Counted from the stretch's first letter, positions 1 through 11,580 are shown. The stretch is 64,000 nucleotides of DNA from Prorocentrum cordatum (GCA_963575745.1 CAUYUJ010000284.1:1-64000), one strand, 5' to 3'. Numbers and translations: made by a program. The notes: generated from the letters alone by a model not told the origin.

Positions 1-63
1 CCTCCTCCTCCTCCTCCTCCTCCTCCTCCTCCTCCTCCCTGGTTCTCCTCCTTCCCTGAGGTC

Positions 64-324
64 CTTCATGGCCCGAGCCACGCCGTCCCGCTCGATGCCC
101 GGGTGGAAATCGACGTGGCGCAGGCCCAGGCGGGCGGCCTCGCGCACGGCCGCCTCGGAGGCCTCGGCGGAGAGCCCCGCGGTGTTCAGCGCCATCGCCG
201 GCATGGACTGGCCGTTGGCCAGCTGGAGCTGCGGTCCGCTGTCCACGCCGGGGCCAAGGAGCAAGACGAAGCCAGGACGAGAGTGCGTGTCGCGCCAGAC
301 GAGCTGGCCGCTATGCGCGCGAAC
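64..324 (-). CDS. Internal exon of an aldo-keto reductase (AKR)-like gene; the gene continues off the left edge of the window
   Basis: Manual minus-strand translation: VRAHSGQLVWRDTHSRPGFVLLLGPGVDSGPQLQLANGQSMPAMALNTAGLSAEASEAAVREAARLGLRHVDFHPGIERDGVARAMK. LANGQSMP..LNT...AVREA..LGLRHVD matches the AKR N-terminal pattern (LxNGxxMPxLGLGT...AVxxAxxxGYRHID). Bounded by a CAG|G acceptor (327-325) and a putative AAG|GA donor (63-62); 261 nt, phase 0/0. Not in the ORF track because the frame has no stop inside the window. Confidence 0.75.
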
Positions 325-806
325 CTGCGCGCGGTAGCGCGGCCGCAGCGATGCGCCAGGCGGCGCCAAGCAGTCATCCCAATCGCCGCCGCACGGGGAT
401 TGCAGACAAAGTTGAGAGTGGGTGGGTGGGCTGATTGTGCGAGCAGTGGTCTCGACAACTTCAGGCTCTTGGAAAACAAAGGCCACCGCATAGATCGCAC
501 CACAACAATAATAATTACGCCACAGAGACCGCACCACACGGAGTGCCCGCAAAGACGGCACAGCACAGAGTGCGCAACACAGATTGCGCACCACGTGGCG
601 ACGAGGGGCCCCCCCGAAGGCCACCTGCCGCTGCCTCGGCCCGCCCTCCTCCGAGCCCAGGGGCCCCCGGCGCGGACAGCCGACCACAGCGTGCTGGAAT
701 TCCGGCACGCGCGGCCCCGCGGCCGCCGCGGCCGCGCCAGGACGCCCGTCCTGGAAGCCTCCCAGCTGGGGTCCGAGCAGACGGGGTCGGAGGATGGCGC
801 CGCATC

Positions 807-970
807 TGCGGGCCCCCTAGCTGTACACCACCACCACCACCACCGCGTCGATTCCTCCTCCCTCCTCCACCATCGCCTTCCTCTCCTCTTTCCTGGGAGA
901 GGGAGGGGATGAGGGAGGTGGTGGTGGTGGTGGTCGTGGTGGTGGTGTAGTTATACTTTTGGGCCCCGTA
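807..970. mobile_element. MITE with 5-bp TSD (CACCACC-core family), nested in a CATCGGCGATG-family element
   Basis: GCATC at 802-806 and 971-975; imperfect terminal IR TGCGGGCCC / GGGCCCCGTA plus inner TACACCACCACC / GGTGGTGGTGTA. Reverse homolog at ~20771-20911. Confidence 0.6.
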
Positions 971-1144
971 GCATCACCGATGCATCGGCGCGACGTTTGC
1001 GATGCGCCGGCGACGTCGGCGTGGAGAAGATCGGGCTCCACACCGAGCCGCGTCGCCGATGCATCGGGCCGACGTTTGCGATGCGCCGGCGACGTCGGCG
1101 TGGAGAAGATCGGGCTCCACACCGAGCCGCGTCGCCGATGCACC

Positions 1145-1311
1145 TGACTACCTACCAGACCACCCCAACCCAACCCGAAGACCCGAATTCCGGGTTGGGG
1201 GGGGTAAGGGTTCCACGCGTGTTTTTTCGATGTTTCCCGACCCCCCCCCACTAGAAATCGAGGGTAAATCTGAGCCTTCGGGTTGGGTTGGGGTGGTTTG
1301 GTAGGTGGTGA
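1145..1311. mobile_element. 167-bp MITE, ~35-bp TIRs, 5-bp TSD
   Basis: TGACTACCTACCAGACCACCCCAACCCAACCCGAAG ... CTTCGGGTTGGGTTGGGGTGGTTTGGTAGGTGGTGA; TSD GCACC (1140-1144, 1312-1316). Near-identical copy at 44477-44643; truncated copy at 29187-29290. Confidence 0.85.
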
Positions 1312-1472
1312 GCACCGGCACTGCGGAGCGCGCCTTCGACCCCACCTGCTCGGACCCCACCCGGGAGGCCCAGACGGTCCGCCGCCGCCGACAGCCCCAG
1401 GCCCGCCGAGGCCCCGCCCAGCACCTGGGGATGCCAAAAGGGATCGATACCAGGGCTGGACCTAAGCGTTGT

Positions 1473-1650
1473 TGCGCCGCCAGAATTTGACCATATCCAC
1501 TGCTGCTGGGTCGTGTTGCGAGGACTCGGGGAGCGGCGGATATGGATATCTGCCCGCTCACGCGGTCGGGCAAATATCCATATCCACTAATCCTCGAGAT
1601 TCCAGGGCACGACTCCGAAGCGGTGGATGTGGACATATTCTGGCGGTGGA
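1473..1650. mobile_element. 178-bp palindromic MITE, 5-bp TSD
   Basis: TIR TGCGCCGCCAGAATTTGACCATATCCACTGCT / AGCGGTGGATGTGGACATATTCTGGCGGTGGA; central hairpin GGATATGGATATCTGCCCG..CGGGCAAATATCCATATCC; TSD GTTGT (1468-1472, 1651-1655). Confidence 0.75.
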
Positions 1651-2400
1651 GTTGTGTTTCGTTTTTTTTTTCGTGCTGTGTTTCGTTTTGCCCTACCTGT
1701 TTTCCAACACCGCCCTGCCAACACGAAAAACAAGACAGAGCCGAAGTCCAGCAAAAGAGCGTGTAGGTTCAGCCCTGATCGATACCGCTGCTCCCAGGAC
1801 CTCTCCCAGGGTGCGTTCTGACCAGGATTTCGAAGCGAAGCCAACCGTGACGACGAGAGCCTCCTGGGAGGCCCAAAAAAAGGAGAGAGCGAGGCAACGG
1901 CAGCGGCATTCGAGGTAGGAGATCGCCAACCTAATTAAATTACCCCAAAATAGAAACGTTCGTCGAAACAATGAAACAAGACGTGAAATGCTTTAGATCT
2001 ACAAACATTCCACGCATTCCTCGTAGAGTCCACGAACAAATCCGCCGACCCTGTCGGCGTATGTGAGGGGCTGTGCCGTTCGTCGTCTTCGTCGTCGTCG
2101 TTGCAGTGCTCTAGCGGGCTTGAGGGAGATCGACCCATGTCGTAACCACGTCAAAGGGAAGCACCTTCCCTTTGTCCCTTAAGCCGGGGGGGAGGGTCCC
2201 GCTCGGGGGGGTCCCCGGGGGGGTACCGGGGGGGTACCGAGGGGGGGAATCACCCTGGGGGGGGTCGCCACCCAGATACGCTTTCACTCGCCGCGCGTCC
2301 GGCGCGGTCCCCGCGCGGTTCTGGAACCCCGCGCGGCTTGCCAGTTCCCAAAATGGCCCCTGGAGGCCGAAAATGGCGAAAGACTGAACATGTAGAACAA

Positions 2401-3100
2401 CTCCCCCTCCTCCTCCTCCTCCTCCTCTTCCTCCTCCTCCTCCGCCTCCGCCGCCTCCTCCTCCCCTCCTCGCCTCCTCCTCCTCCTCATTCTCCTCCTC
2501 CTCCTCCTCCTCCTCCTCCTCCTCCTCCTCCTCCTCCTCCTCCTCCTCCTCCTCCTCCTCCTCCCCCCTATCCTCCCCCATCCCCCCCCTCCTCCCCCCC
2601 CCTCCTCCCCTCCTGCTCCAACCTCCACCTCCACGCTCCTCATCCCCCCTCCCTCGTCCTCCTCCTCTCCTCCTTCCTCCTCCTCCTCTCCTCCTCCTCC
2701 TCCTCCTCATCCTCCTCATCCTCCTCATCCTCCTCCCTCGCCTCCTCCTCCTTCTCCTCCTCATCTTCCTTTGCCTCCGTCTCCGCCCACTTCATCGCCG
2801 ACGTCGTGGCCCTCTGCAGGGTCGGCGGCACCAGCCGTCAGGCCTTCGCAATAGATTTTAGGGTAGATCAATTCTGCAGTCGATCTCCTACTCGAGACCT
2901 CGTCCTCCCCCTCCCTTGGTCCCCCTGCTAATCCTCCTGCTGCTCCTCCTCCTCCTCCGCCGCCTCCTCCTCCTAATCCTCCTGCTCCTCCTCCTCCTCC
3001 TCCTCCTCCTCCTCCTCCTCCTCCTCTCCTCCCTCCCTCTCCTGCTCCACCGCGCCCTCGGCTGCCTCCTGTGTTCTCCTCCCCCTCCTCCTCCTCGACG
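2401..3100. repeat. (CCT)n polypyrimidine microsatellite
   Basis: Direct reading. Similar (CCT)n/(GGA)n tracts at 1-52, 8205-8440, 8685-8885, 14925-15125, 22080-22220, 27235-27900, 29770-29850, 48055-48150, 60620-60720. Confidence 0.95.
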
Positions 3101-3292
3101 TCCTCGCCGTCGTCGCCTTCAGGGTCGGCGGCACCGGCCGACGGCCTACACCTAGGGAAACCCAAAAAGACAGATAAAGGTATTCCCTGGACCTCTCCCG
3201 GGGCGCGCTCTGACCAGGCGAATCCAGCGGTGGCGACGAGAGCCTCCGTGGAGGCCCAAAAAGGGGACAATGGGGGAAGGGTAGAGGTACAG

Positions 3293-3439
3293 AAACTTTT
3301 GGCGCTCCGCGCGGATTTCTTAGATCCGCACTGGACCCCCTTCCCTGGCGCGCGAAGCGCGCCAAGGGCGGCGCCGGAGGCGCCGCCGGAGTGGTCTAGC
3401 GCGGATCCCAGAAATCCGCTCAGAGCGTCGAAAGTGTTT
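3293..3439. repeat. T-shaped palindromic repeat (long stem plus two small-loop ears)
   Basis: Stem ACTTTTGGCGCTCCGCGCGGATTTCTTAGATCCGCACTGGACC pairs with GGTCTAGCGCGGATCCCAGAAATCCGCTCAGAGCGTCGAAAGT; ears GGCGCGC-GAA-GCGCGCC and GGCGGCGCC-GGA-GGCGCCGCC. Homologs at 21277-21425, ~29435-29582, ~62802-62890 and partially ~8090-8165. Confidence 0.8.
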
Positions 3440-3519
3440 GGTTATGGTGTTGTTCCTTCTTCGATTCACCACCTTAGGAGGCAACTACTGGGAGGCTTTC
3501 GTCGGAAGGAGTGAAGAGG

Positions 3520-3720
3520 ATTAAGCCCCATTGGGGGGCTGTTAGGCCGGAGTGGGCCTCGGATTAAGCGGGATTAAGCGGGATCAAGCGGGATTAAGCC
3601 GGATTAAGCGGGATTAAGCCGGATTAAGCGGGATTTCGGACCAGGGCTAAATCAGAGTTTGACCTCCCAGGAGTTGCACCCGAAACCATCGATGCTGCAG
3701 GCGATCTCCTGCTCGAGGCA
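3520..3720. repeat. Dispersed repeat with a 10-bp GGATTAAGC[G/C] sub-array
   Basis: About seven GGATTAAGCG-type units followed by GATTTCGGACCAGGGC.AAATCA...CCCAGGAGTTGCA; diverged copy at ~7260-7470. Confidence 0.75.
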
Positions 3721-3909
3721 TCCCGGTGCCTCCTTGCCCCTCGGAGCACCGCCGCGCGCCGCCCGCCGCCGAGGCCGCCGGCCGCCGCACCGAGCGGCTC
3801 CTGACCATAGGCTCGAGCTTTTGCCCGTGCCCCGAAGATTAGGTCGGGCACGTCCTCTCACAGGCGGGCCCTGGAGGGGGAAGAAGAATAAGAAGAAAAA
3901 GAAATAATA

Positions 3910-5023
3910 TCCGCCGGCCCCCTTGTGGGGCCACCAGGCTGTAGGCGCGAGGTTCGCAGTTTCCTGTACCAGTTGTAGCTTGTAGTTTCCAGTGTTACAG
4001 TTCTGCTTCTTGCTGGTTACTGTAACTAGTTGACTTATTGCTGGTTACTGTAACTAGTTGATTGACCGCGCGAGGGGGGGGGAGGCCCAAACCAGATTTT
4101 TTAGCACCCCCTGGGCGCGTTGTCTGAATTGCTGGGGGGGCTCGAAATCGACACCCCTCACGCAGATCCGCGGGGTCAGGGTCCAAAAACACAGGGGATT
4201 TGCCACATTTCTGAAATTCGGTGCCACCCCTCACGCAGATCCGCGGGGTCAGGGTCAAAAACACAAGGGATTTGCCACATTTCTGAAATTCGGTGCCACC
4301 CCTCACGCAGATCCGCGGGGTCAGGGTCCAAAAACACAAGGGATTTGCCACATGTCTGAAATTCGGTGCCACCCCTCACGCAGATCCGCGGGGTCAGGGT
4401 CCAAAAACACATGAGATTTACCACATGTCTAAAATTCGGTGCCACCCCTCACGCAGATCCGCGGGGTCAGGGTCCAAAAACACAGGGGATTTGCCACATT
4501 TCTGAAATTCGGTGCCACCCCTCACGCAGATCCGCGGGGTCAGGGTCCAAAAACACAGGGGATTTGCCACATTTCTGAAATTCGGTGCCACCCCTCACGC
4601 AGATCCGCGGGGTCAGGGTCCAAAAACACAGGGGATTTGCCACATTCTGAAATTCGGTGCCACCCCTCACGCAGATCCGCGGGGTCAGGGTCCAAAAACA
4701 CAGGGGATTTGCCACATTTCTGAAATTCGGTGCCACCCCTCACGCAGATCCGCGGGGTCAGGGTCCAAAAACACAGGGGATTTGCCACATTTCTGAAATT
4801 CGGTGCCACCCTTCACGCACATCCATCGCAAGGCGTGGTAACCCAAACTGCGAGAACTCCCTCGGCCCTTTAATCGCAAGGTGTGGGTTTTGCTGATTGC
4901 GAATCGGCTTCGCATGAAGTTTCGATACTGCTTCACGACAGCGCCAAGGCCTCATGACTTAGCTCTTCCATGGCCCATTCTCCGAGAGAGGGGGCCGGCG
5001 GCAGGGGGCGAAGCCATTACGGA
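3910..5023. mobile_element. ~1.1-kb non-autonomous element carrying the 73-bp array, nested inside a hAT-like MITE
   Basis: Ends TCCG..CGGA; left CCGCCGGCCCC (3911-3921) is complementary to subterminal GGGGCCGGCGG (4991-5001); GCGAAGC mini-hairpin at 5008-5014; flanked by the left half (3839-3870) and right half (5025-5122) of the 8-bp-TSD MITE family. Confidence 0.55.
4152..4820. repeat. 73-bp minisatellite, ~9 copies
   Basis: Unit CACCCCTCACGCAGATCCGCGGGGTCAGGGTCCAAAAACACAGGGGATTTGCCACATTTCTGAAATTCGGTGC repeated head-to-tail with few substitutions and no unique spacers. Confidence 0.95.
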
Positions 5024-5589
5024 TAAAAAAATACTCAAACAGTCAAGAGAGCATGAGAAATCGTCCCCCGACTATTTGTGTACTATTCTCGAATACTCCT
5101 CCTGTAGAGGGGCATGCGGACCCTGGAAGAAGAAGAAGAAGAATATTGCTCGACGCGGAGGTCCCCATATGCGCATCTATCTGCCTGGACCTGTTGTCCG
5201 CTGCGAAGGTCTGCGAGAGAGTCTGGGCATGAGCGGGCCCGAGTAAGGGAGACTAAGAACGGGCGGGTCTGAGTGGAAGTGAGTCCGTGTGTGGGCGAGT
5301 CTGAGCGTGAGTGAGTCGAAGTGTATGAGTAGGAGTATGGCTAAGCATGTGGTAAATACATCTGAATGGGAGTGGTCTGGGTATTAGAGTGTCGGTGTGT
5401 GAGTTGTATGAGTGTGAGAGGCGTGAGTGTGAGTGTGAGTCTGATTGTGAGCGAGTACGCGTGTGAATTTGGACACATATGTAAAACACATAAGGTTCGA
5501 GACCAATAAAACACATAGGATTCGAGCCGCAGGAGAAGGGCAATCCATATGCACATACGTAAAACACGCAGGTGGGGTCGGCATGAGAA

Positions 5590-5950
5590 CCTTCTGGGGC
5601 CGCCTGGGGCCTGCAGGGGGCCTCCTGGGGTCGCCTTGGGCTTCCTGGGGTCTCCTGGGGCTCCCAGGGCATCCTGGAGCCTCCTGGGGTCTCCTGGGGC
5701 CTGCTGGTGTCCGCTGGGGCCTGTAGGGGCCTCCTGGGGCCTCCTGGGGCTTACCGGTGCCTCCTGGGTTCCTGGCGTTTCCTGAAACTTCCTGGTGCGT
5801 CCTGGACCCTCCTGGCGCCTCCTGGCGCCTCCTGGGGGTTCCTGGGGCCTCCTGGGGTCTCCTGAGGCTTCCTGGGGCTTCCTGGGGCCTCCTAGGGTTT
5901 CCCGGAGCCTCCTGGGGCCTCCTGGGCCCTCTTTGGAGCTTCCTGGGGCT
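5590..5950. repeat. Degenerate 10-bp CCTCCTGGGG tandem repeat
   Basis: Direct reading. Confidence 0.85.
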
Positions 5951-5959
5951 TCACCAACA

Positions 5960-6912
5960 CATGCAAACCGCCTGAGACATCCCCCCAATCTGGGCCCTTG
6001 GAAGTGCTGAAACCACCGCCTCGCCTGAGACATCCTCAGAAACTGCTCCGACAGAGAAAGATGTTGGGCACCCAAACAGGCAAACCGCCTGAGGCATCCC
6101 CCCAATCTGAGCGCGAACGGGCCTGTGATATACCTCCTGGCGCCCCCCCCCTTGGGAGTACTGAAACCAGCGCCTCGCCCGAGACATCCTCGGAAACTGC
6201 TCCGAAAGAGAAGGATGTTGAGCACCCAAACAGGCAAACCGCCTGAGGCATCCCTCCAATCTGGACGCGAACTAGCATGTGATATACCCCCTGGCGCCCC
6301 CCACTGCGAGTACTGAAACCAGCGCCTCGCCTGAGACGTCCTCGGAAACTGCTCCGAAAAAGAAGCATGTTGGGCACCCAAACAGGCAAACCGCCTGAAC
6401 GGGGTGATGTACCCCCTGGCCCCCCCCCTTGGGAGTACTGAAACCAGCGCCTCGCCTGAAACATCCTCGGAAACTGCTCCGCAAGAGAAGGATGTCGAGC
6501 ACCCAAACAAGCAAACCGCCTGAGACATCCTCCCAATCTGGGCGCGAACGTGCCCGTGTTAGACCCCCTGGCGGCCCCGCTTGGAAGTGCTGGAACCAGC
6601 GCCGCGCCTGATACATCCTCAGAAACTACTCCGAAAGAGAAGGATGCTGGGCACCCAAACAGGAAAACCGCCTGAGACATCCCCCCAATCTGGGCGCGAA
6701 CGGGCTTGTGATATACCCCCTGGCGCCCCCCCCCCTTGGGTGTACTAAAACCAGCGCCTCGCCTGAGACATCCTCGGAAACTGCTCCGTTAGCACCCAAA
6801 CAAGCAAACCGCCTGAGACATCCCCCCAATCTGGGCGCGAACGGGCCTGTGATATACACCCTGGCGCCCCCCCTTGGGAGTGCTGGAACCAGTGCCTCGC
6901 CTGAGACATCAT
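5960..6912. repeat. ~150-bp tandem array, ~6.5 diverged copies
   Basis: GCAAACCGCCTGA-type anchor recurs at ~5963, 6080, 6234, 6386, 6511, 6663, 6804; each unit has two GCCTGAGACATCC sub-repeats. Confidence 0.9.
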
Positions 6913-9068
6913 CACAACGTGTGTTTGAGTCTGAGCGCGGAAGTACCAGGAGTGTGAGTGAGTCTGCATATGACTGATCCCGAGCATGAGAAGCCTGAGT
7001 ATCAGGAATCTAAAAGCGAATGCACCTGAGTATGAGTGGGTTTGAATATGAGTGAGTCTACATGTGAGTGAGTCAGAGAATGATGACCTGAGGGCGGGAG
7101 GTGTTCTCGTTCCGCGCGGTCTAGATAAAAACAATACTCCTCCTGTAGAGGGACATGCCCAACTTAACCGTAAGATGGGCAAGCCAAAAGCGATGAGAAT
7201 CCTGAGGTTCGGAGGCAACTACTGGAAAGTCTTCGCCAGAACGAGTTAAGGAGGGTCAGCCCCAATTGGCTGAGGGGTGTTACGCCAGATTCGGCGGCGG
7301 ATTCAGCGGGATCATACCGGATTCAGCGAGATGAGGCCGGATTAAACGGGATGAAGCTGTATTAAGCCGGATTTCGGACCAGGGCAAAATCAAAATTCGA
7401 CCGCCCAGGAGTTGCATTCGAACCGAGGGACGTGCCCTCAGAAACCGAGGGAATCCTCAAGATCGGCTTCGAGACAAGGCGATGCCAATCTTGCTAATCG
7501 GGATATGTTCCAGGCAGGCTCGGCATGGGGGACGCGGGTCCCGAGGGAAACAGGCCCTGGACCCCTGGGCCTTCCCCAAGCACGAGACTCTGATCCTCAA
7601 TCGTGTTCTGACAGTCCCGGGGCCCGTCGAGGGCCCTGGGAAGGCAAAAATGGCAACAAGCCCAAGGATCTGAGTCCCTCAATTTGGTGCCTGTTCCATG
7701 GGAGCCTACGTGGCCACTAGCGCTGTCCGATTTGGACCTTATCTGGACTGGATTAGGAACAGATTTGGGACCAGATTCAGACCAGATTTGGACCGGACTC
7801 GCCCCTTCACAGGGGAGACGAGACGAACGCGGAGGGGGAGGAGGAACAGGAGGGGCGAGGAGGGGCAGGAGGAAGGCCAAATATGGTCCGAATGCAAGAC
7901 AAGCTCATCTCAATGTCGCCGCCCAAGGCTCCCATGAACAGACATCGAACCTTAGGACCCGCTTCCCTAGAGGCCTCCTAGATGGGGCCCGAGTAGATGG
8001 GGTCGGAGGATCGCGCCGCATCTCCGATGCAATGCATCGCCGACGTCGGCGACGCATCGGCGACGTCGACGTGGAGAAAATCAGGTTCAGGGAGGGGGGT
8101 CCAGTGCAGCTCCAAGAAATCCGCGCGAAGCGCCAAAGTGGGTTTTATGGCATCTGTTCTTCTTCGAATCCAGGAGACCTGGAGATCCCCTCAGGGCCCC
8201 GGCAGGAGGAGGAGGAGGAGGAGGAGGAGGAGGAGGAGGAGCAGGAGGAGGAGGAGGAGGAGGAGGAGGAGGGGAGGAGGAGGAGGAGGAGGAGGAGGAG
8301 GAGGAGGAGGAGGAGGAGGAGGAGGAGGAGGAGCGAGGAGGGAGGAGGAGGAGGAGAGAGGAGGAGGAGGAGGAGGAGGGAGGAGGGGAGGAGGAGAAGA
8401 GGAACATGAGGAGGAACAGGAGGAGGAACAGGAGGAGGAGGAGACCCAGACACTCCGACCCCGTCTGGGAGGCCGAGAGATCCCCTCAGGGGCCACGGCA
8501 GGCCGAGCTCCGCGAAGGCCAGCCGGCCGCCGAGGCCGCGCACGGCCAGCAGCGGGGCCGCGGCCAGCAGCGCCCGCCAGCGGCCCGGCCGCCGCGCGGG
8601 GGGGCGCCGCGGAGGGGCCGCGAAGGCGCGGCGCCGCCGCGCCGCCGCCGCCGGGCTGGCGGGCGGCGGCCCCTGCTCCAGACCCTCCTCCTCCTCTCCT
8701 CCCTCCTCCTCCTCCTCCTGCTCCTTCCTCCTCCTCCTCCTCCTCCTCCTCCTCATCCTCCCTCCTCCTCCTCCTCCTCCTCCTCCTCCTCTCCTCCTCT
8801 CCTCCTCTCCTCCTCCTCCTCCTCCTCCTCCTCCCCTCCTCCTCCTCCTCCTACACCTGCTCGTCCTCCTCTTCGTCCTCCTCCTCCGCTCCAGAGAAGC
8901 GTGCTCCACGACTCGCAGAGTAACTACTTACGATCGTTATCGTCAACGTTATCGCTGCTATCGTTAATATCGTTGTTATCGTTGTTATGGTCACCTCTGT
9001 CGGTTGTTGTCGATCCTTGTCGCTGTGATCGTCGTCGTTGGGATCGTCATCGCTGTCTGCTCGCAGGC

Positions 9069-9685
9069 GGCCTGGATCCATCGTGGGGGGGTCACGATCC
9101 ACTGCATCGAGGCAACTACAGTCTGCCCGTGTCATAAGGATGCGCGATAAGGATGCAAGGGCCTTGGGCGCCCATGTCGAAGCTTTTGGGCGGGGCGCGG
9201 CCCATGTAAGTGGCCAGGGAGGAGCCGAGGAGGCAAAGATGCAAGGGTACTCGCAAGTGGCCTGGATCCATCGTGGGGGGGTCACGATCCACTGCATCGA
9301 GGCAACTACAGTCTGCCCGTGTCATAAGGATGCGCGATAAGGATGCAAGGGCCTTGGGCGCCCATGTCGAAGCTTTTGGGCGGGGCGCGGCCCATGTAAG
9401 TGGCCAGGGAGGAGCCGAGGAGGCAAAGATGCAAGGGTACTCGCAAGTGGCCTGGATCCATCGTGGGGGGGTCACGATCCACTGCATCGAGGCAACTACA
9501 GTCTGCCCGTGTCATAAGGATGCGCGATAAGGATGCAAGGGCCTTGGGCGCCCATGTCGAAGCTTTTGGGCGGGGCGCGGCCCATGTAAGTGGCCAGGGA
9601 GGAGCCGAGGAGGCAAAGATGCAAGGGTACTCGCAAGTGGCCTGGATCCATCGTGGGGGGGTCACGATCCACTGCATCGAGGCAA
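9069..9685. repeat. 190-bp tandem array (3.2 apparently identical copies) built from a MITE fragment
   Basis: Units start at 9069, 9259, 9449, 9639; each contains TA|CAGTC...AAGGATGCGCGATAAGGATGCAAGGGCC, homologous to the MITE at 21048-21220. Confidence 0.95.
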
Positions 9686-9712
9686 ACGCGTAGTTTCGAA
9701 CGTTTGCGAGTA

Positions 9713-9888
9713 CAGTAGGGCCCCGACCACAGGAAACCTCCCACAAGAAACCCAACCCTGAGACCCCAGGACGTCCATTGATTTTAGGCGTGGGATCGTC
9801 ACGCTTTCCAGAGCAAAACCATCGAAACCTAAGAAGCTCAGGGCACCAAGGAGGCGAGCAGGGCCTTTCTTGGCATGGATTCCCACTG
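9713..9888. mobile_element. TA-flanked MITE (CAGT..ACTG ends, Tc1/pogo-like)
   Basis: TA|CAGTAGGG ... CCCACTG|TA. Homologs at ~17037-17200, ~60235-60410 (reverse) and ~60936-61256 (interrupted by a palindromic insert). Confidence 0.7.
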
Positions 9889-10419
9889 TAGGCACCCTGC
9901 GAGTAGTGGAACGCGCTCGCTGCTGCTCACGAGCGGCGAACATGCGGGCGACGAAACCAAGGTGTCTTAGGCGAGATGGCATGGCGACCTCACGCGGCGG
10001 CTTACGCGGGCCGCCTGCGCGGCACGCTATATCTTTGAGACGAGGGCGCTCACGCGCGGCCCTACGCGGGCAGCTGACGCGCGAATGTAGGCGAAGACGA
10101 CCCCGTCTGTTGGCGTCGCTCATATATCGGCGGCGAGCCCGGGGGGGAAGTGAGGCGGGGGTCGCGGTTCAAAACAACTTTTTCATACGGGTCCAACATG
10201 GTTTATTTCGGGTTAAATTCTCTCCGGCCCACTCGGCGCGATCCGCGTGAGTAGTGTACCAAAACTGGCCTCTGGACGGCGGCTAACCCGGCAACTGGAA
10301 AGCCAACCAACCAGCCAACCAGCCCTTCCCGGTACATTTCTGTGGATGCCCCAGACCACTGGGCCCAAACAAAATTTGCCGGACCTCGAATGACCCCGGG
10401 GCAGCGGGAGGAGTGTGAC

Positions 10420-11265
10420 GGAATGGAATGGAATTAAACGGAATGAAACGAAATGGAATGGAATGGAATGGAATGGAATGGAATGGAATGGAATGGAATG
10501 GAATGGAATGGAATGAATAAAATGAAATTGAAGGGAGGAGTGGATGGAACGGAATGGCGTGGAATGGAGTAGAATGCAATGGATAGGAGGCGCGCACGGA
10601 TGGGCGAGCGGGCGGGCGGGCGAGCGGGCATGCAGACGTGCGGGCGGGCGCACAGTGTTGCATTGCATCGCATTGCATTACATTGCGTTTGCACTGCATT
10701 GCATTGCATCCTGTGCCGTTGCATTGAATTGAACTGTGCTGCATTTGCATTGCTTTTGCAGTATATTGCGTTGCTATAAACTGCGGACGGGGGAGGAGGG
10801 GAGGGAAAGGGGGGGGGGGAAGGGGGGAGGGGAAAAAGGAGAGGGGGAGGAGGGAGGAGTGGCGCATTGCATTGCAGTGAGGAGGGAGGAGAGAAAAGGA
10901 AGGAGGAGGAAGGGGGAGAGAGGAGGGAGGAAGGTGGAGGGAGGAGGGAAGAGGGCAGAGGGAGAAGGTTGAGGAGGATAGGATGGTAGTTTGTTCGCCT
11001 CCCTGGCACTCGTCATCGCCGCCGGGTATGATGTTTCTTCGACCCCAACGGCGCTGCCACGTGACGCTTTGCATTGCGTTGCGTTGCGTTGTGTTGCGTT
11101 GCGTTGCGTTGCGTTGCGTTGCGTTGCGTTGCGTTGCATTGCATTGCATTGCATTGCATTGCATTGCATTGCATTGCATTGCATTGCATTGCATTGCATT
11201 GCATCCTGTTGCATTGCGTTGTATTGCATTGCGTGATACTTGCATTGCATCTGCAGTACATTACA
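10420..11265. repeat. Pentanucleotide microsatellites (GGAAT)n, (CATTG)n, (CGTTG)n with purine-rich spacers
   Basis: Direct reading; further CATTG/CGTTG-type tracts at 12600-12830 and, reversed, at 57410-57600. Confidence 0.9.
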
Positions 11266-11509
11266 TTGCTGTAGATTGCGGGCGAAGGGGAAAAGGTCAG
11301 GACGGAGGGGAAGGGAGGAAGGTAGAGAGGAGGGGAGAAAGGAGGAGGAGTGAGGAGGGAGGGGAGGGGGAAGGAGGGGAGGGGAGGGGAGGGAAGGAGA
11401 AAGGGGGGGAGGATGGAGAAGTGAAACGGAAAGGGGGAGGGAGAAGGACGTGGAGGATAGGATATAATGATTGTTTGCCTCCATGGCCAGCGTCATCGCC
11501 GCCGTCAAT

Positions 11510-11580
11510 ATCATCATCATCATCATCATCATCATCAGCATCATCATCATCATCATCGTCATCATCACCAGCAGCATCAT

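Noticed and set aside
4152..4820. CRISPR array interpretation of the 73-bp array (also the 90-, 150- and 190-bp arrays)
   Set aside because: Units repeat over their whole length with no unique spacers; no cas genes; eukaryotic context.
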